Positions 57,754 to 64,000 of a DNA stretch of 64,000 nt are shown piece by piece. The stretch is from Anaeramoeba ignava BMAN. Lineage: Eukaryota; Protista; Anaeramoebae. Each line of letters opens with the position of its first letter. Within the stretch, counting starts at the first letter, position 1. The translations under genes were made by a program, and so were the position numbers. The notes beneath the pieces were generated by a model. That model was given only the letters and a program-made list of their open reading frames with translations, ran no database searches and was not told the origin of the DNA. Where the stretch lies: assembly GCA_028826165.1 (NCBI GenBank), contig JAPDFW010000077.1:62001-126000 (forward strand), written 5' to 3'.

Positions 57754-59321
57754 ATGTTTTCATTGTTTTGTTTTTTCTTAATTATTCATTTTGTTCTAAG
57801 TCAAAATTGCTAGTAAATTTTGTTTGATTTTGTTTCCAATTAAGAAAACAATTTGAATAAATTTTTTTTGGATTATTTGATCAAATTTTTTAAAATTAAA
57901 AATTGTTTATTTTTGAATAATTTTATTTTAGTGGAGTATCAGGATGTGAAACATGTGTGCAAAATGGTTGTGCATGGTGTGACAGTAATAAAGGATGTTG
58001 GCCTAGCGAGTAATCCATTTGAACTTTTTTTTTTTTGATGAAAATAAACAAATTTATTTAACAACAAAATTTAATTCAAAATTCAAAATCAAAATCAAAA
58101 TCAAAATCAAAATCAAAATCAAAATTAAAATTAAAATCAAAATCAAAATTAAAATTAAAATCAAAATCAAAATTAAAATCAAAATCAAAATCAAAATCAA
58201 AATCAAAATCAAAATCAAAATCAAAATCAAAATAAAATCAAAATTAAAAATCAAAATCAAAATCAAAATTAAAATCAAAATCAAAATCAAAATCAAAATC
58301 AAAATCAAAATCAAAATCAAAATCAAAATCAAAATTAAAATCAAAATCAAAATCAAAATCAAAATCAAAATCAAAATTAAAATCAAAATTAAAAATCAAA
58401 ATCAAAATCAAAATTAAAATCAAAATTAAAATCAAAATCAAAATCAAAATCAAAATTAAAATCAAAATTAAAATCAAAATCAAAATCAAAATGAAAATCA
58501 AAATTTAAATAAATCAAAATCAAAATCAAAATCAAAATTCCAAATGATTCTGATTTGAAAATCTCTTTGGTTAATTAAACAAAAAAGAGCTGATTTTAAT
58601 GCATGTAGCAAATGGATGACGAGTAAAGATGAGTGTGGTCCAAAATTATCAACAGTATATCCTATTTTCAAATGGAAATTTTTTTGCGTTTAATTCAAAA
58701 ATTGATCAAAATATTCTACATTTCTTTCTTTTTAATCAGATTTTAGGAGCAGTTTTTGGAACTTTTGGTGGATTGATTTTGATTGGTCTTATTATGTTTT
58801 GCTGTGTCCGTTGTTCCCAAAAAGTAAATTTCAAAAATCAAAATCAAAATTTAAAATCAAAATCAAATTCAAAATCAAAATGAAAATCAAAATAAAATTC
58901 AAATTCAAAATCAAAATCAAATTCAAATTCAAAATCAAAGAACAAAAAAAGAGAGTCGCAAAGAATTGCAAAATCTAATCAAAAAGTTTCAGATGAAAAA
59001 TCTGTTGAAATTAAACCTTTTATTGATACTCCTCTTTTAAATGATCAACAACCAACTTTTGAACCAATTTATCAACAACCTAATTATCAACAACCTAATT
59101 ATCAACAACCTAATTATCAACAACCAAATTATCAACAACCAAATTATCAACAACCAACTTTTGAACCAATTTATCAACAACCTAATTATCAACAACCAAA
59201 TTATCAACAACCTAATTATCAACAACCTAATTATCAACAACCAATTTATCAACAACCTAATTATCAACAACCTAATTATCAAGGACCAATAGGAATGAAT
59301 TTTGAACAAGGTAATAATTAA
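57754..59321 (+). CDS. Small type I membrane protein: signal peptide, PSI-like Cys-rich ectodomain, TM, (NYQQP)n tail; 5 exons (~57754-57812, 57932-58009, 58587-58653, 58740-58823, 58941-59321)
   Basis: Manual GT-AG splicing keeps one frame: MFSLFCFFLIIHFVLSQNCY|GVSGCETCVQNGCAWCDSNKGCWPSE|ADFNACSKWMTSKDECGPKLST|ILGAVFGTFGGLILIGLIMFCCVRCSQK|NKKRESQR...IDTPLLNDQQPTFEPIYQQP(NYQQP)n...GNN*. Confidence 0.78.
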
Positions 59322-59478
59322 AGATGAAATTCATATCACAAAGAAATGATTGATGAAATTAAAAGAGAAATTGATTTTTTTCCAATTAAATCAAAAAAGA
59401 AAAATTTCCTTCCACTTTTTTCGTTTTTCTTTTCTTTTCTTTTCAAAAATTTAATAAAAAAATTGGAAAAGAAATTTT

Positions 59479-60320
59479 AATAATAAAATATTTAAATCTA
59501 AAACATTAAATTATTATTTTAATAATAAAATTAAATATTAAATTATATTTTTAAATTAATTTATAAATCAAATATTAAATTAAACTTATTCTCATTTTTT
59601 ATATTTATATGTTTAATATCTAAATAATAAAATATTTAAATCTAAAACATTAAATTATTATTTTAATAATAAAATTAAATATTAAATTATATTTTTAAAT
59701 TAATTTATAAATTAAATATTAAATTAAACCTATTCTTATTTTTTATATTTATATGTTAAATATTTAAATAATAAAATATTTAAATCTAAAACATTAAATT
59801 ATTATTTTAAACATAAAATTAAATATTAAATTATATTTTTAAATTATTTTATTAATTAAATATTAAATTAAATCTATTTTCAATTTTTATATTTTTATGT
59901 TAAATATTTAAATAATAAAATATTTAAATCTAAAACATTAAATTATTATTTTAAACATAAAATTAAATATTAAATTATATTTTTAAATTAATTTATAAAT
60001 CTAATATTAAATTAAATCTATTCTTATTTTTATATTTATATGTTTAATATCTAAATAATAAAATATTTAAATCTAAAACATTAAATTATTATTTTAGTAA
60101 TAAAATTAAATATTAAATTATATTTTTAAATTAATTTATAAATTAAATATTAAATTAAATCTATTTTCATTTTTTATATTTATTTGTTAAATATTTAAAT
60201 AATAAAATATTTAAATCTAAAACAATAAATTATTATTTTAAACATAAAATTAAATATTAAATTATATTTTTAAATTAATTTATAAATCTAATATTAAATT
60301 AAATCTATTTTCATTTTTTT
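59479..60320. repeat. Six tandem copies of a 144-bp AT-rich unit ending just upstream of the ecdysoneless ATG
   Basis: 'taataaaatatttaaatctaaaaca' at 59481, 59625, 59769, 59913, 60056 and 60200. Confidence 0.9.
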
Positions 60321-60330
60321 CATTTTTTTT
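60308..60330 (+). promoter_or_regulatory. Putative initiator (TTTTCATTTT); an example of a motif found before nearly every gene here
   Basis: Same motif on the coding strand ~10-100 nt before the ATGs at 2673, 7571, 18885, 22210, 24540, 28347, 32140, 35697, 39608, 42662, 46832, 52097, 54222, 56982, 57754 and 60350. Confidence 0.55.
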
Positions 60331-60349
60331 CTAAATAAGTAAATCAAAA

Positions 60350-62633
60350 ATGAATGAAGAAAATTTCATTCAATATTCCATTTACTTTTCTCAACTTTAT
60401 CAAAACATTTGCATTGATAATCTTTTTGGATTTCTTGAAGAGAAAAAAAATCTAATAGAAAAACAAATTAAAAAACACAGTGAAAAATATATATGGAATT
60501 ATGAAGAATTCAAATTAGAAATGAAAGAAAATAAGAAAATTTTAAAAGGAAAAACAAAATTTGGAGATTGTATTGATGATGAATGGTTTATTGTTTTTAT
60601 TTTATTTGAAATTACAAAAGAATTTCCTGATGTAATTGTTAGTGTTAAAGATAATGATGGTGATTTTTTATTGATTGAAACTGCGCAATTTCTTCCCAAT
60701 TGGATCAATCCAAAAAACTCAAAAAATCGTGTTTTTATATTTCAGAATGAACTTCATATTATTCCCAAGCCAAAGAATCCAAAAGAATTGATTCAAATTC
60801 CTTTAAAAAATCTGCGAGTTGATCAAGCAATTAAAATTGTAATTGGAAATTCAATTAATACTCAAGTTAATGAAAAAATTCATTTGGCTTTATTAAAAAA
60901 AATTGGTGATTATCCTGGAAAAGCTATTTCAGATTCAACTCATTTTTTCAAATGTGTTATTCCTTTTGAAATTGCTATTTTACTTGAACAGAATCCTTTT
61001 TTGATTACAACAGTTGCAAATATTTTTTATTCAAGAGATGTTGAAGATCTTAAATATTGTTCTGAGATGAAGAGATTCAATATTTGTGATTCTGGAGAAA
61101 TCTATAATCTTTTTGACTTGAATTTAAATTTAAATGAAAATCAAAAACAAAAACAAAAACAAAATGAAAATCAAAATCAAAATCAAAATCAAAATTTAAA
61201 TGAAAATCAAAATGAAAATGAAAATGAAAATTTAAATCAAAATCTAAATCAAAATCAAAATAAAAATCAAAATCAAAATCAAAATGAAAATCAAAATCAA
61301 AATCAAAATCAAAATCAAAATCAAAATCAAAATCAAAATCAAAATTTAAATGAAAATCAAAATTTAAATGAAAATGAAAATGAAAATCAAAATCAAAATC
61401 AAAATCAAAATCAAAATGAAAATCAAAATGAAAATCAAAATCAAAATCAAAATCAAAAATCAAAATCAAAATCAAAATCAAAATCAAAATCAAAATCAAA
61501 ATCAAAATGAAAATCAAAATGAAAATCAAAATCAAAATCAAAATTTAAATCAAAATCTAAATCAAAATTTAAAAAAAATTGTTCTAAATGATTATTTACT
61601 TTATAAACAAAAACTTGTCTTTTACAGAGTCAGATTTACTAGATTCACTTTTTCATTGTTAAATCAACAAAAATTTATTCCTCCTAAAATATTTGGTTTT
61701 TCTAAATATTCTAATGATCATCCAAATTACAAACCTTTATTAATTGGATCAATGGTTGCTTGTGGATTTGAGATATTTTATCAAAGAGAAAAAAATCATT
61801 TGATTGGATTCAAAAAAAAGAAATGGAATGAATTCAAGAATGATTTAGAAAGACAAGGATATTTTCAAGGAGAAATTCAAGGATCAAAATTATTTTCAAT
61901 TTTGGAATCTAAAGCACATGATTCCTTTGAAGAACAATGGGAAAAAATAATGAAAGATAAGAAAGAAGATTCACTATTTTGTTCACAAGTTGATAATTTA
62001 TTGAATAATTTACCTAAAAAATTAAAATTTTTGGAATCAAATATTAATCCCTATTTGAAAGATAATGATGAAGATTGGATGTTTTTTACTGAAGAAGATT
62101 TGGAAAAAATGTTGATTCAAAATACAAATGAAGAAAATTTGAGTTTTTCAAAACAAAAAAGACCGACTGTTGATGATTTAGTAGATAAAATGACAAATTT
62201 TGTTGAGAAAGCATCACCATTTGAAGGAGTTGAATTAAAAGAAGATGATTTAAGTGAATTTGATAGTGAAAAATTTTTTTATCATTTAAAGCAAGCAGTT
62301 GGATTAATTGATGAAAATGAAAATGAATTTGGAAATGAATTTGGAGATGAAATTGAAGAAGATGATGAAATGTTAGATTATTATTCACAAATGGATCAAG
62401 AACTTTCACAAACAACACTTACTGAATCATTTGATAGACCAAGAAATAATGAAAATGAAAATGAAAATGAAAATGAAAATGAAAATGAATTAAATTTAGA
62501 TCCTTTAGAAATTGATTATAATCTTGTAAATAATTTACTTAAATCATTTGAATCACAAGAAGGATATGCAGGACCAACATCAAATTTAATTGGAACATTA
62601 GGAATTGAATTTCCACCAAAAAAAAAGAAATAA
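60350..62633 (+). CDS. ECD: Ecdysoneless (ECD/hSGT1) homolog; 1-nt frameshift in an NQ microsatellite at ~61455
   Basis: YIWNYEEF, FGDCIDDEWFIVFILFEIT, DNDGDFLLIETAQFLPNWINP..NRVFI; C-terminal DYNLVNNLLKSFESQEGYAGPTSNL. Confidence 0.9.
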
Positions 62634-62737
62634 AATTAAAATTAAAATCAAATTTAAAATAGATTTTTTTTTTTGGAAATCAAATTAAAAAAAAAATATC
62701 AAAATTGGATTGATTAAAAAAAAAAAGTAAAAGAAAT

Positions 62738-63502
62738 TTAAAATAAAATGTCTTCATCTTCATCTAACCATTCAGAAAGAATAGTAGGAATAGTAGAATC
62801 ATCAAATTCTTGGAAATCAGAATCACTTTCTGAATCATCAGATTCAATTTCCTTTTGTTTTCTTTGGTCGATTAGATTATTATTATTATTATTATTATCA
62901 TTGAAACGGGAAATCTGATTTGAAACTTGATTCTGATTAAGATTACTTTGTCCCGAAAGTAATTTCTTTTGCTCTTCAAGTTTCAAAGCCCAAAGTTTTT
63001 TTTCACGATCTTTTTTTTTAACTTTTTCTTTTTTTTTCTTTTGAATTTTTTTGAGTCTAAAAAACTCTTCACGATCTCTTTCATCCAAAGTATCGATAAC
63101 AAAACGAATAGTATTTTCTATTCTTGGCTGGATAACATGTTCAATTGCATTGACTCTTCTGTTTGTTTTTTTAATAACTTCATCCAAAGTAACAAAAGCG
63201 ACTTGAAGTGAAGCTAATTGAACAAGAAGATTAAGAGCCTCGTTGAATTTGTGTTTACAGAGCTGAATCTGCTGGCCTCCTTTGCTGATTCCCCGCAGAT
63301 CGCTTGTGTCTTGATGCTCATTTACTACTGTGAATTTTGGAATTTTTACTCCTGCTATATTTTCCATTCCGGTTTTGATTTTTGTTGTTGATTCCGTTAC
63401 ACTTTCTATTATTGAAAATGTTGAGTGTGTTCCTGCTACGTATTTCACATCCATTAGTGATGAGTGTGCTTCTTTGAAATATGCTACTATTTGTTCTTTT
63501 GT
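62738..63502 (-). CDS. ATP6V1D: V-type ATPase subunit D, last exon (5' part beyond the window)
   Basis: ENIAGVKIPKF, GISKGGQQI, LVQLASLQVAFVTLDEVIKKTNRRVNAIEHVIQPRIENT, LDERDREEFFRLKKIQ; CAG acceptor at 63503. Confidence 0.93.
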   Translation of the reverse strand, partial: TKEQIVAYFKEAHSSLMDVKYVAGTHSTFSIIESVTESTTKIKTGMENIAGVKIPKFTVVNEHQDTSDLRGISKGGQQIQLCKHKFNEALNLLVQLASLQVAFVTLDEVIKKTNRRVNAIEHVIQPRIENTIRFVIDTLDERDREEFFRLKKIQKKKKEKVKKKDREKKLWALKLEEQKKLLSGQSNLNQNQVSNQISRFNDNNNNNNNLIDQRKQKEIESDDSESDSDFQEFDDSTIPTILSEWLDEDEDILF

Positions 63503-63509
63503 CTGTGTT

Positions 63510-64000
63510 TTTTAATTTTCAAATGAATTTTCAAATGAATTTTCAAAATGAATTTTCAAAATGAATTTTCAAAATGAATTTTCAAAATGAATTTTCAAAA
63601 TGAATTTTCAAAATGAATTTTCAAAATGAATTTTCAAAATGAATTTTCAAAATGAATTTTAATTTTAATTTTAATATTAATTTTAATTTTAATTTTAATT
63701 TTAATTTTAATTTTAATTTTCGAAATGAATTTTAATTTTAATTTTAATTTTAATTTTCATTTTAATTTTAATTTTAATTTTAATTTTGATTTTAATTTTA
63801 ATTTTAATTTTAATTTTCAAAATGAATTTTAATTTTAATTTTAATTTTAATTTTATAAATGAATTTTAATTTTAATTTTAATTTTGAATTTTAATTTTAA
63901 ATTTTAATTTTAATTTTAATTTTAATTTTAATTTTAATTTTAATTTTAATTTTAATTTTAATTTTAATTTTAATTTTAATTTTAATTTTAATTTTAATTT
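63510..64000. repeat. Intronic (AATGAATTTTCAA)n / (TTTTAA)n microsatellite
   Basis: Direct inspection. Confidence 0.85.

Overview
Very AT-rich eukaryotic (protist) DNA with GT-AG introns, standard genetic code and pervasive (AATCAA)n and other microsatellites. The style resembles an anaerobic metamonad such as Anaeramoeba, but that is inference only. The left 28 kb is a head-to-tail minus-strand array of at least 8 paralogous two-exon genes (7 complete, 1 cut by the window edge). The ORF track splits each into two pieces. Each gene joins a hypervariable low-complexity K/S- or N/Q-rich exon 1, through a conserved 74-87 nt phase-1 intron, to an exon 2 encoding three CCCH zinc fingers and a PARP-family ADP-ribosyltransferase (ART) domain. 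The ART triad is H-Y-F/Y, predicting mono-ART activity, and the architecture is ZAP/PARP12-like without WWE. The paralogs are mosaics that differ mostly in the donor and acceptor loops. Directly adjacent (28.6-39.6 kb) are three tandem FHA-kinase (Chk2/Rad53-like) genes. The rest holds TyrRS, a 2.5-kb satellite, an intronless PAS-GAF gene with a myristoylation motif and a prokaryote-like GAF, PP4R3/SMEK, CDC5L, a RapGAP, SRP receptor beta, a small five-exon PSI-TM-(NYQQP)n protein missed by the ORF track, ecdysoneless, and the 3' exon of V-ATPase D. Several 1-nt frameshifts fall in homopolymers or microsatellites and may be assembly errors.
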